From an uncultured Acidimicrobiia bacterium (GTDB taxonomy: Bacteria; Actinomycetota; Aquicultoria; CAJVYJ01; JAUVQD01), in NCBI GenBank assembly GCA_964196305.1, contig CAXMSJ010000008.1:2495-66494 (forward strand): a stretch of DNA of 64,000 nt. Reading direction: 5' to 3'. A model generated the notes under the pieces. It made no database searches. It worked only from the letters and a program-made list of their open reading frames with translations, and was not told the DNA's origin. A program made the translations under genes and the position numbers. This document shows positions 40,253 through 48,948 of the stretch, one piece after another. Numbering within the stretch: position 1 is the first letter of the stretch; the number at the start of each line of letters is the position of its first letter.

Positions 40253-41397
40253 GGCGGTATGCCTTTATCATGCACCCGCTGTCAATTGACGAAGTCTGCA
40301 CTTTTGAGCCCAAAGCAGCCGAAAAACCGGTTCACCTGGTCGAGAAAATGCTGGAGTGGATGCCGCCGTTCGTTATTGGACACCGACGCGGTCTTATCTC
40401 TCCCTTAGCGGAAGTCGAGGGCATGCTGATCTGCTTGCCGCTCTTGCCTGAACAGATCCTCGGCCTGCCGGTTGAGCAAGTGTTGGAAAAGCTGACGCTG
40501 GCGGGAAAACTGGCTGAAGAGAACGACGCCATGATCCTGGGCTTAGGAGCATTCAGTGCGGTGGTCGGCAACCGTGGAAAAAAACTAGCCCCGCGACTCA
40601 ACATCCCCGTCACCACCGGCAGCAGCTTTACAGCGTATTCAGCCGTCGAGGCCCTGAAGATGGCCGCGGGAAAAATGAAGATCGATCCGAGTGAGGCTAC
40701 AGCGCTGGTGGTTGGCGCTACCGGCTCGATCGGTGGCGCTTGTGCTGAAATGCTTGGACCACAAGTTAAGAAGATAATCTTGGCCGGCAGACAGATATCA
40801 GCTCCGCTGGAGCGCTTGGCTGAAAAGATCGGCCCGAATGCCTTCGTGACAGATGATACGCCCGCAGCACTCGGTGAAGCACAGCTAATACTGTCCGCCA
40901 CCAACACGATCGGGCCCGTCATTGAGGCCGACAAACTCCTCCCCGGCTCAATCGTCTGCGATGTGGCGCGCCCGCGGGATGTAGCCAATCGTGTCAGCAG
41001 CCGGAAAGATGTCCTAGTCCTTGAGGGCGGGGTGATCCGCCTTCCTGGTCACCCCGAGATCGCGACCAAGTACCGGATGGACCTCGGCATGCCGGATTTC
41101 CTCACCTACGCTTGCGAGGCTGAGACGATCCTGCTGACTCTGGACAACCGTCGGGAAAGCTTCAGTCTCGGACGAAACATTCCGGTGGAGAAGGTTCATG
41201 AGATTGCGGAGATCGGCGGACGACATAACTTCGAACTGGCTGGCTTACGCAACTTCGGAAAAGACATTTCACGGGCTGATATCAGGCGTACCCGCCGGAC
41301 CGCCCAGTTTAAACGCCTGCGAGAGAAGCTGAAGAATTCGTCTAAGAAAGGCTGGAAGCGCGCGAAGACCCGGACCGGCTCGCGCCACGATGGCTAG
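40249..41397 (+). CDS. Acyl-ACP/acyl-CoA reductase (aldehyde-forming), homolog of cyanobacterial AAR, with a basic C-terminal tail
   Basis: Collinear motif matches to Synechococcus AAR (orf1594), quoted from memory: ILGLGAFSAVV vs ISALGGFTSII; TTGSSFTAYSAVEA...ATALVVGATGSIGGACAEML vs TTGNTHTAYVICRQ...ATVAVVGATGDIGSAVCRWL; YACEAE (Cys) vs FACFAEA (catalytic Cys294); FSLGRNIPVEKVHEIAEIGGRHNF vs [25 protein letters not shown]. A roughly 60 aa Lys/Arg-rich C-terminal extension is absent from AAR. Confidence 0.6.
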   Translation: MRRYAFIMHPLSIDEVCTFEPKAAEKPVHLVEKMLEWMPPFVIGHRRGLISPLAEVEGMLICLPLLPEQILGLPVEQVLEKLTLAGKLAEENDAMILGLGAFSAVVGNRGKKLAPRLNIPVTTGSSFTAYSAVEALKMAAGKMKIDPSEATALVVGATGSIGGACAEMLGPQVKKIILAGRQISAPLERLAEKIGPNAFVTDDTPAALGEAQLILSATNTIGPVIEADKLLPGSIVCDVARPRDVANRVSSRKDVLVLEGGVIRLPGHPEIATKYRMDLGMPDFLTYACEAETILLTLDNRRESFSLGRNIPVEKVHEIAEIGGRHNFELAGLRNFGKDISRADIRRTRRTAQFKRLREKLKNSSKKGWKRAKTRTGSRHDG

Positions 41398-41400
41398 GAC

Positions 41401-42165
41401 TCAGTGATTTAGGTTCCAGATGCGCTTGAGGCCGTAAAGGGTCAGCTTTGGCTCCAGCCGATCGATAGTCCGGCATTCGAGCCCCACCAGGTCAATCAGT
41501 CCACCGGTTCCGATCACAGCACAGACAGTCCCCAGCTCTCGCCGGATACCCCCGACGATCCCGTCAACCATGACGGCTGTGCCCAAGATAATCCCAGCGC
41601 GCAACGCCGCCGCCGTGTCTCGCCCGATGTACCGCTTGGGCGTTTCCAGTGAAACTCCTTGTAGGCCCGCGGCCTGCCGCACCAGAGCATCAGCGCCGGT
41701 AATGACCCCAGGCGCGATTACTCCGCCCAAATAAGCCCCGTCAGAAGAGATAACGTCAAACGTGGTCGCGGTGCCGAAATCAACGATGGTGAGCGGGCCA
41801 CCGGTCAAGGCAAAGCCCTCGGCAGCATTGGCCAGACGGTCTGCGCCGACGGTCTCGGGCCGCTGATACTCAATCTTCAGGCCACAGTCGACATCGGGAC
41901 CCACTGAGAGCTGCTCGGCTTCCGTATAGTCTTTGATCATTTTCGACAAGGCATCGCCGGCGGCCGGTACTACCGAAGCCAGACAAAACTCGGTCACTTC
42001 CGAAAGGGCCCTGTCAATGAACCCCAGAAAAGCAACGAACTCTACCGCGAGTTCGTCCGCCGTCCGCTCAACGATCGTGGTCATTCGCCAGTCGCCCATC
42101 AGCTCGTCGCCGTCAAAGAGGCCCACGGCAGTCTGAGTATTTCCCACATCGACAGTTAAAAGCAT
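41401..42165 (-). CDS. coaX: Type III pantothenate kinase
   Basis: 254 aa with an N-terminal LLTVDVGNTQTAVGLF (ASKHA fold, Bvg accessory factor family). Confidence 0.85.
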   Translation of the reverse strand: MLLTVDVGNTQTAVGLFDGDELMGDWRMTTIVERTADELAVEFVAFLGFIDRALSEVTEFCLASVVPAAGDALSKMIKDYTEAEQLSVGPDVDCGLKIEYQRPETVGADRLANAAEGFALTGGPLTIVDFGTATTFDVISSDGAYLGGVIAPGVITGADALVRQAAGLQGVSLETPKRYIGRDTAAALRAGIILGTAVMVDGIVGGIRRELGTVCAVIGTGGLIDLVGLECRTIDRLEPKLTLYGLKRIWNLNH

Positions 42166-42191
42166 AAACCAATGCTAGCTTAAGGACGGCC

Positions 42192-43259
42192 TTGACTGCA
42201 ATCGCTTTTTCGCCAATTATGTCAACTGTCGTGCTTCTTAAAGTTGACAATTGGCCCGAATTTCTCAGCGCGCTGAAAGACCGTCTGTTCAGCGACGTTG
42301 AACTGACTTTCGATGAGGCCCTCACATTAACCGATATTCCCGACGAACACCTCTTTGAACTCGCTGAGACAGCCGATTTTATTAGACAGCGTCACACCGC
42401 CGACCAAGTCGACCTGTGCTCAATAATCAATGCCCGCTCCGGTCGATGCCCCGAGGACTGCAAATTCTGCACCCAGTCCAGCCACCATGAAACTGATGCG
42501 CCTGTCTATCCCATGAAGCCAGTGGAGGAGATCGTGGCCGCTGCGAAGCAGGCGGAGACCAAAGGAGCGCACCGGTTTTGCATTGTGACGAGTGGAGACG
42601 CTCTCTCTGATGAGGACTTTGCCACCGTCACAGAGGCTGTCCGACAAATAGCGAAAGAGACCAATCTACACCGTTGTGCTTCGGTCGGGGCTCTGACGAA
42701 AGAGCGGGCGGACCAGCTGCGGCAAGCCGGACTCAGTCGTTACCATCACAATGTCGAAACTGCCTCCAGCCACTTTCCTGAAATCTGCAGCACTCATCAG
42801 TATGACGACAAACTGGAAACCGTCAGTCATCTTGATCAATCAGAGATCGAGAAATGCGTCGGCGGCATCTTGAACCTCGGAGAGACCGCCAGGCAAAGGA
42901 TTGAATTTGCTTTTGAACTAAAAAAGATAGACCCAATCTCAGTCCCGATCAATTTTCTCAACCCTCAGGCCGGCACTCCTTTGGCCGACCGCCCCCTCAT
43001 GTCGGCCCTTGAGGCCTTAAAATACCTGGCTATTTTCCGCCTCGTCATGCCAAAAACATATATTCGGCTAGCCGGTGGACGCTCCGATACCTTCGGCCAA
43101 GATGCCGCGCTGCCGTTCAAGGCCGGCGTGAACGCTCTACTCATCGGTGATCTGTTGACCACAGCCGGTCCAGCAGTAGCCTCCGACTTAGCCATGCTCC
43201 GCTCCCTGGGGTTCCAGCTCGACGGCGAGGACGGAACCGACTCTGATAACCGCCAGTGA
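42192..43259 (+). CDS. bioB: Biotin synthase (radical SAM)
   Basis: CxxxCxxC (CPEDCKFCTQS) and the YNHNLET-type motif (YHHNVETA). A TTG start with an AAGGA RBS at 42192; alternative starts are ATG 42219 and GTG 42231. Confidence 0.9.
   Translation: MTAIAFSPIMSTVVLLKVDNWPEFLSALKDRLFSDVELTFDEALTLTDIPDEHLFELAETADFIRQRHTADQVDLCSIINARSGRCPEDCKFCTQSSHHETDAPVYPMKPVEEIVAAAKQAETKGAHRFCIVTSGDALSDEDFATVTEAVRQIAKETNLHRCASVGALTKERADQLRQAGLSRYHHNVETASSHFPEICSTHQYDDKLETVSHLDQSEIEKCVGGILNLGETARQRIEFAFELKKIDPISVPINFLNPQAGTPLADRPLMSALEALKYLAIFRLVMPKTYIRLAGGRSDTFGQDAALPFKAGVNALLIGDLLTTAGPAVASDLAMLRSLGFQLDGEDGTDSDNRQ
42219..42250 (+). promoter_or_regulatory. Candidate BirA operator (bioO): imperfect inverted repeat aTGTCAACT-N14-AGTTGACAa
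   Basis: 9-bp arms at 42219-42227 and 42242-42250, matching 8 of 9. They sit at the 5' end of the bio operon, adjacent to a TTGACT-17-AATTAT promoter-like element (42192-42220). The birA gene with an N-terminal HTH lies 5 kb downstream. Confidence 0.4.
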
Positions 43260-44461
43260 GCTCACAGAGACAAGCACCAAAGACAACTAACGAAACGCTT
43301 GGGGAAATCCTGGCGCCCGAGTTGATCCACACACAAAAAACCGGAGTCTACCGTCAACTGAGAGAATTGGACGACCAGGATTCAACCATCGCGATCATCA
43401 ACGGTCGGCGCACCAAGATCTTTGCCTCCAATGACTACCTCGGACTCCGACGGCATCCTGATCTAGTAGCGGCTGCCGGCGATGCTCTTGGCCGGTACGG
43501 AACGTCAGCCGGTGCTTCGCGACTGATCTCAGGAAACTGCCACCTCTACGGTGAGCTGGAGGTCAAACTGGCTGCCTTTAAAAACAAAGAGGCCGCCCTG
43601 ATCTTCCCAACTGGCTACATGGCCAACATCGGGGTGCTAAGCTCCCTGGCCGGACCGCGGGACTTGGTGCTGATGGACCGAGCCAACCACGCCAGTCTCT
43701 ATGATGGTTGCAGACTAAGCGGCGCCAAACTGCGAAGATTCGGACATCGAGACGTCGAGCGCCTACAATGGCTGCTGGAAAAAAACACCGACCACCGGCG
43801 CCGGTTTGTAGTCACTGACGGAGTGTTCTCCGCCGATGGTGACCTGGCGCCGTTACCACAGTTAGCCGCCCTGGCCGCCAGGCACCGCTGCTGGCTGATT
43901 GTCGATGATGCTCACGGCACCGGGGTCTTCGGGCCGCAAGGTAGGGGCACGGCTGCCCACTTTGGAGTCACCGCGCCAGTGGAGATCGGCACCTTCAGTA
44001 AGGCCCTGGGGGGCTTAGGCGGCTTTGTGGCCGCCGACCGTCTGACGATCGATTTTTTGATAAACAAGGCCCGGCCCCTGATATTTACGACCGGACTGCC
44101 CCCGGCGACCTTGGCCGCCGCGAGCGCGGCGATAGACGTCATTTTGCGCGAACCCTGGCGCCGTGAGCGTCTCCTGTCATCGGCGACCCGCATCCGACAG
44201 AAGTTGGCGGAACTTGGGTTTGACGCCATGGCGGGCGACTCCCCGATCATCCCCATTATGGTTGGCGATGAGGCAGCCGCCTGCCGTCTAGCAGATGACT
44301 GTCTAGAGGCTGGGGTCTTTATCCCGGCGGTAAGACATCCGACAGTGCCCAGAAACAAGGCGCGCCTGAGGCTAACTGTCAGCGCCGCCCACACGACAGC
44401 AGACATCGATGAGATGTTGGCTGTTATCAGCACCATCGGCCAAAGACATGGTCTAGTATGA
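43256..44461 (+). CDS. bioF: 8-amino-7-oxononanoate synthase
   Basis: 401 aa alpha-oxoamine synthase with the PLP-lysine region (GTFSKALGGLGGFV). ATGA coupling to bioB and to bioDA. Confidence 0.85.
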   Translation: MSSQRQAPKTTNETLGEILAPELIHTQKTGVYRQLRELDDQDSTIAIINGRRTKIFASNDYLGLRRHPDLVAAAGDALGRYGTSAGASRLISGNCHLYGELEVKLAAFKNKEAALIFPTGYMANIGVLSSLAGPRDLVLMDRANHASLYDGCRLSGAKLRRFGHRDVERLQWLLEKNTDHRRRFVVTDGVFSADGDLAPLPQLAALAARHRCWLIVDDAHGTGVFGPQGRGTAAHFGVTAPVEIGTFSKALGGLGGFVAADRLTIDFLINKARPLIFTTGLPPATLAAASAAIDVILREPWRRERLLSSATRIRQKLAELGFDAMAGDSPIIPIMVGDEAAACRLADDCLEAGVFIPAVRHPTVPRNKARLRLTVSAAHTTADIDEMLAVISTIGQRHGLV

Positions 44462-46554
44462 ACCCAGCATTGCTGCCTTCCCTGGCTATCATCGGTACCG
44501 ATACTGGCGTTGGAAAAACAGTTGTCACCGCTCTTTTGGCCAGTGCCTATAAAAGAGCCGGCCTATCCACGCTGCCTTTCAAGCCTGTGGTAGCAGGCCT
44601 AACAGAGCTCGACGGGGATAATATCTATGCGGACAACGAGTTTCTTGCTCGAGCGGCCGGCGCCGACATCGACCAAGTCGGACTGTACGCTTTCCCGGAG
44701 CCACTCTCGCCACACCTGGCCGCCGAGCGCGCCGGTGTCTCCATTGACATCTCCCGCATCTTGGCGCGCTTTCAAGAGTTAAGCCGCTCTTGGCCGGCCA
44801 TCTTGCTGGAGGGAGTCGGCGGGGCGCTGGTGCCGCTCACTGCGGAGCTCTCGATTATTGATCTGATCGCACAGATAAACATTCCGGCGCTAATCGTCAC
44901 CCACGCCGGTCTCGGGACAATCAACCATACCCTGATGACTGTTGAGGCCTGTCAAAGGCGGGGTGTGCCTGTTGCCGGTCTCGTCATCAACCGCTACCCA
45001 GGTACCCCCGGAGTCGCCGCAGCCACCAACCCCAGCCAGCTCGAAGCGCTCAGTGGTCTGCCAATAATCGGCCTAGTGCCGGAACTAGATCTCTCGGTCG
45101 AAAAACTGCAGGGTTTCGAGGCGTTAGCCGGAAACCACTTTGACCTCGACAGACTGCAATCTCCCGCTAAGAGCCAAGAAAAGATGGAGGCTACAGCCAC
45201 CGCGTCCGAGGCGCTCGCCGCCGACGCCGCGTATCTCTGGCACCCATTCAGCGCGATGGACGAATATCTACAAGAGAAACCACATCCACTGATGATCACC
45301 AGCGCCGCAGGCTGTTGGCTCAAGGACAGTGAGGGCCGACGCTACCTCGACGGAATCTCCTCTCTTTGGGTCAACGTCCATGGACACCGCCATCCCGCAC
45401 TCGACCACGCCCTCCAGCAGCAACTGGCAAAAGTCGCCCACTCGACGCTTTTGGGGCTGGGTAACGAGCCTGCGGCCCTCCTCGCAGCGGATTTAGTCTC
45501 TATTAGCCCAGCCGGACTGGAAAAAGTATTCTATTCCGACAGCGGTTCTACGGCCGTGGAAATTGCCTTGAAGGTGGCCTTCCAATATTTTCGCCAGACG
45601 GGCCGCCCTGAAAAAACAGAATTTATCAGCTTTACCAACGCGTACCATGGTGATACCCTCGGCGCCGTCAGCGTCGGCGGCCATGAAATATTCCACTCCA
45701 CCTTTAAGCCACTCCTTTTCCCTACCCGGTTAACTCCAGCGGCGTACTGTTATCGCTGCCCTGTCGGCCAAGAGCCGAATCAATGCGATCTGGAATGCCT
45801 CGATAACCTGGCCGCCCTCCTAGCAGAGCGGGCCGGGCAAACTGCCGCTGTCATTTTCGAGCCAAAAGTCCAGGGAGCGGCGGGTATTCTGGTTCAGCCT
45901 CCCGGTTACATGCGCCGCGTGGCAGCCCTCTGCCGCGAGTACGGTGTGCTCCTGATAGCCGATGAGGTAGCCACTGGCTTTGGCCGGACCGGGCCGCTAT
46001 TCGCCTGTGAACTCGAAGAGATAGAGCCCGACATCATGACAGTCGCCAAGGGTCTCACTGCCGGCTACCTGCCGCTTTCGGCAACGCTTTTTACGACCGA
46101 GATCTACGAGGCCTTCCGCGGACCATATGAAGAATTGCGGACATTTTTTCATGGCCATACCTACACCGGCAATCCCTTGGCTGCGGCCGTCGCCAGAGCC
46201 AGTATTCAACTTTTCCGGGACACCGAGGTATTATCTGCGGCCCAAGAACGGGCCAAAGAGCTGGCCTCCTTACTAACGGCTTTTAAGGGGCGGGAGCAGA
46301 TCGGCAACGTTCGACAACAGGGCCTGATGGTCGGCATAGAACTGGTGGCCGACAGCCGAACCAAAGAGCATTTTCCCCTCGCTGACCGCGTCGGACGAGC
46401 AGTCGCCCTCAAGGCTCGCGATTATGGTGTCATCATCAGACCATTGGGTGACACGCTGGTTTTAATGCCTCCTTTGTCGATCTCGGCCGCTGAATTGAGA
46501 ACCCTGGTGAACGGCACAACCAGGGCCATCGATCATGTCCTGGGGAATAAATGA
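44458..46554 (+). CDS. bioDA: Bifunctional dethiobiotin synthetase / adenosylmethionine-8-amino-7-oxononanoate aminotransferase (BioD-BioA fusion)
   Basis: The N-terminal ~235 aa form BioD (P-loop GTDTGVGKT). The C-terminal ~450 aa form a class III aminotransferase (BioA) with DEVATGFGRTG and the PLP lysine in TVAKGLT. Confidence 0.85.
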   Translation: MNPALLPSLAIIGTDTGVGKTVVTALLASAYKRAGLSTLPFKPVVAGLTELDGDNIYADNEFLARAAGADIDQVGLYAFPEPLSPHLAAERAGVSIDISRILARFQELSRSWPAILLEGVGGALVPLTAELSIIDLIAQINIPALIVTHAGLGTINHTLMTVEACQRRGVPVAGLVINRYPGTPGVAAATNPSQLEALSGLPIIGLVPELDLSVEKLQGFEALAGNHFDLDRLQSPAKSQEKMEATATASEALAADAAYLWHPFSAMDEYLQEKPHPLMITSAAGCWLKDSEGRRYLDGISSLWVNVHGHRHPALDHALQQQLAKVAHSTLLGLGNEPAALLAADLVSISPAGLEKVFYSDSGSTAVEIALKVAFQYFRQTGRPEKTEFISFTNAYHGDTLGAVSVGGHEIFHSTFKPLLFPTRLTPAAYCYRCPVGQEPNQCDLECLDNLAALLAERAGQTAAVIFEPKVQGAAGILVQPPGYMRRVAALCREYGVLLIADEVATGFGRTGPLFACELEEIEPDIMTVAKGLTAGYLPLSATLFTTEIYEAFRGPYEELRTFFHGHTYTGNPLAAAVARASIQLFRDTEVLSAAQERAKELASLLTAFKGREQIGNVRQQGLMVGIELVADSRTKEHFPLADRVGRAVALKARDYGVIIRPLGDTLVLMPPLSISAAELRTLVNGTTRAIDHVLGNK

Positions 46555-47204
46555 AAAGAAATCAGGCCATGATCGAACTACTGCCAAATGGCGACCTAGC
46601 TATCGGACCAAGCAGCCCCAGGGGGCTTATGATCCATGGGTACGGCGGCAACAAAGAAGAGTTGTTGGGATTAGGCGTCCAGCTAGCCCTCGAGCTTGGT
46701 GTGGGCCTCCTCCTCTTCGATCTGCCCGGGCACGCCCCAGACCGGGATGATCTGCTGACCATGGCCACAGCAACAGCGGCGGTCCGCGTGCGATTAGAAG
46801 CTGAGGCAGCCCCGGCCTTTGTTGTTGGACACAGCCTGGGGGCCAGGCTTGGGTTACTAGCCGGCGTCCCGGTGCTAGCGGCAATCTCACCACCAGGGCC
46901 GGCTCTATTTGATGGTAACCGCCGCGCTCTAATTGAGACACTTCGAAGTCGGCGCGTCCGGGAGCGAACCCCTTATTCCGGACTACAAGAGATAATCACA
47001 GCGACCGTCTCACCAGCGGCGGAGATGTGGCTCTGTTATGCCTCCAACGATCTCAAATCAGTCAAAGATCTAGCCCAAAACTGGCAAGAGCATGCCACTA
47101 TTGAGCGGATCTCCGGTACCTCTCACCTGGATATCGTCAGTCATTCTGCGACAAGAGCCCGGCTAACAACTTGGCTTGCCGACCGCCTAAAGAGTGCGCG
47201 ATGA
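46551..47204 (+). CDS. Alpha/beta hydrolase, candidate pimeloyl-ACP methyl ester esterase (BioH/BioG-like)
   Basis: 217 aa with the nucleophile elbow GHSLGA. Located between bioDA and bioC. Confidence 0.55.
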   Translation: MKRNQAMIELLPNGDLAIGPSSPRGLMIHGYGGNKEELLGLGVQLALELGVGLLLFDLPGHAPDRDDLLTMATATAAVRVRLEAEAAPAFVVGHSLGARLGLLAGVPVLAAISPPGPALFDGNRRALIETLRSRRVRERTPYSGLQEIITATVSPAAEMWLCYASNDLKSVKDLAQNWQEHATIERISGTSHLDIVSHSATRARLTTWLADRLKSAR

Positions 47205-47977
47205 GGGCGGCCCGCGATTTCTACAACGAGCAGGCCGACGACTATGATCAACCTGGCAATTCGGCCTTCTACGAGGCCATTGCCGGCGCTCTGGTGGGCC
47301 GACTGGGAAGCCAGACATTCCAGCGGATTCTCGAAGTCGGCGCGGGGACAGGTTTTGCCACCACCGTCTTGCGCGACCAATCCCCACGCGCATCGATCAC
47401 CGCTTTAGAGCCCGCCCAGGCGATGGCCGCCAGAGGGCGAAAGCGCGTGCCAGAGGCCCACTGGGTTGAGCAATCACTCCTTGAGCACGATGGGAGCGGG
47501 TACGACCTGGTGTTTGCCTCTATGGCGTATCACTGGTTGGATTCGAGCGAAAGAGTCAGGCTCAACCAGTTGGCCGCTGATGGCATCTTGGCTCTGGCCC
47601 TGGCCGTCACCGACCCCCAAGACAGCGATCAATCGGAAACCGCCTCCGCTCTGACGCAAAATGGAAATATCCTCTTACGCCGACTCGCATACCGATTGCG
47701 ACCGGCCATCTCTTGGTCTAGGACTGCTCGTCGCTCGGGACTGGTGATCGAGGAGCTGGAGTCCGCCTTCGCTTCGGTCGAACGGACATACTTGACGTTC
47801 ACGGAGACTTTCCAAACTGGGGATGAGTATGTCAACACCCTGAGCCATCGAGGCAGCCTGCTAGCGCTTTTCTCGTCCCGGGCGGATGAGGCGCATAGGG
47901 AACTGAGCTCAGCTGTCGACCAAAGCAGCCCGGCCAGCTTCAAGTGGCGCGTCGCCCTGATCATCGCTCGAAACTGA
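47201..47977 (+). CDS. bioC: Malonyl-ACP O-methyltransferase BioC (class I SAM-dependent methyltransferase)
   Basis: SAM-binding motif ILEVGAGTGFAT. The likely start MRAARDFY at 47201 gives an ATGA overlap with the preceding gene. Confidence 0.7.
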   Translation: MRAARDFYNEQADDYDQPGNSAFYEAIAGALVGRLGSQTFQRILEVGAGTGFATTVLRDQSPRASITALEPAQAMAARGRKRVPEAHWVEQSLLEHDGSGYDLVFASMAYHWLDSSERVRLNQLAADGILALALAVTDPQDSDQSETASALTQNGNILLRRLAYRLRPAISWSRTARRSGLVIEELESAFASVERTYLTFTETFQTGDEYVNTLSHRGSLLALFSSRADEAHRELSSAVDQSSPASFKWRVALIIARN

Positions 47978-47991
47978 GCGTCAGCCTGGCT

Positions 47992-48942
47992 TCACAGGGC
48001 CACTTCTCCGGAGCGAAAAACCCGGCGGACGCCCGCCCCATCATCGACAATCAAGCCGCCGTCCTCATCAAGATCAATCGCGGTACCAAAAAACTGCGCC
48101 CCGGCGGACGTGACAGTGACTGAACGGCCAAGAGTGGCTGATCGCGACCGCCATCTATCAAGCACACTCGACAAGCTGGTTAACTTCGGCAAATCTCCCC
48201 AGAGACGACCGACAATGTCAGTGATCAACCGGTGTCGATCGACTCGGACACCAGTCTCATCAAGCAAGGTCGTGGCGTTGAGACCGGGCTCTCCTAGATC
48301 TGTGAAAGCCAGATTGGCATTGAGCCCAAGGCCCACCACCAGATACTCAACCTCTCCCATCTCGGCGGCCATCTCAGTCAAAATGCCGGCTACCTTTCTA
48401 TCTTTTATAAGCAGATCATTTGGCCACTTGATCCTGATATCGACCCCAGTTGCCTCGGCCACCGCTTCCGCCACGACTACGGAAGCGAGCAGCGGTAGGG
48501 CGCCGGCTTCCTGAGCGGTAACCTTAGGTCTCACCACCAGTGAACACCATATGCCGCCTTGGGGCGATCGCCAATGACGTCCAAACCGACCCCGGCCTGC
48601 CCCTTGGCTTTCCGCCACTACCAGGCCGGCCGGTTTCATCTTGCCGCTCGCCGCCATCTCTTTCGCCAGAGTACTCGTAGAGTCAACGTGATCGAGAACA
48701 ACCACGTTTCCGGCGAATTCAAGCGGCAGCCCCTCCTCAACAAGGGGGGCGAACAACCTGTCCGGTTCCGAGGTCAAGGTATAGCCGACGCGCGGAGAGC
48801 CGTCGATCACGTAGCCGATCGCCCGCAAACCCTCAACCTGCTTCCAAAGGGCCGCCCGAGAGACCCCCAACTCGTCCGCCAGATGCTGACCGGATATCGG
48901 TCGGTCCGCGCTCTTCAAGGCGGCGATAATCCGCTCCTTCAT
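47992..48942 (-). CDS. birA: Bifunctional biotin-protein ligase / biotin operon repressor BirA
   Basis: 316 aa with an N-terminal winged HTH (GQHLADELGVSRAALWKQVEGLR), a BPL catalytic domain (GRGRxGRxW) and a C-terminal SH3-like domain. Confidence 0.85.
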   Translation of the reverse strand: MKERIIAALKSADRPISGQHLADELGVSRAALWKQVEGLRAIGYVIDGSPRVGYTLTSEPDRLFAPLVEEGLPLEFAGNVVVLDHVDSTSTLAKEMAASGKMKPAGLVVAESQGAGRGRFGRHWRSPQGGIWCSLVVRPKVTAQEAGALPLLASVVVAEAVAEATGVDIRIKWPNDLLIKDRKVAGILTEMAAEMGEVEYLVVGLGLNANLAFTDLGEPGLNATTLLDETGVRVDRHRLITDIVGRLWGDLPKLTSLSSVLDRWRSRSATLGRSVTVTSAGAQFFGTAIDLDEDGGLIVDDGAGVRRVFRSGEVAL

Positions 48943-48948
48943 CGCCCG

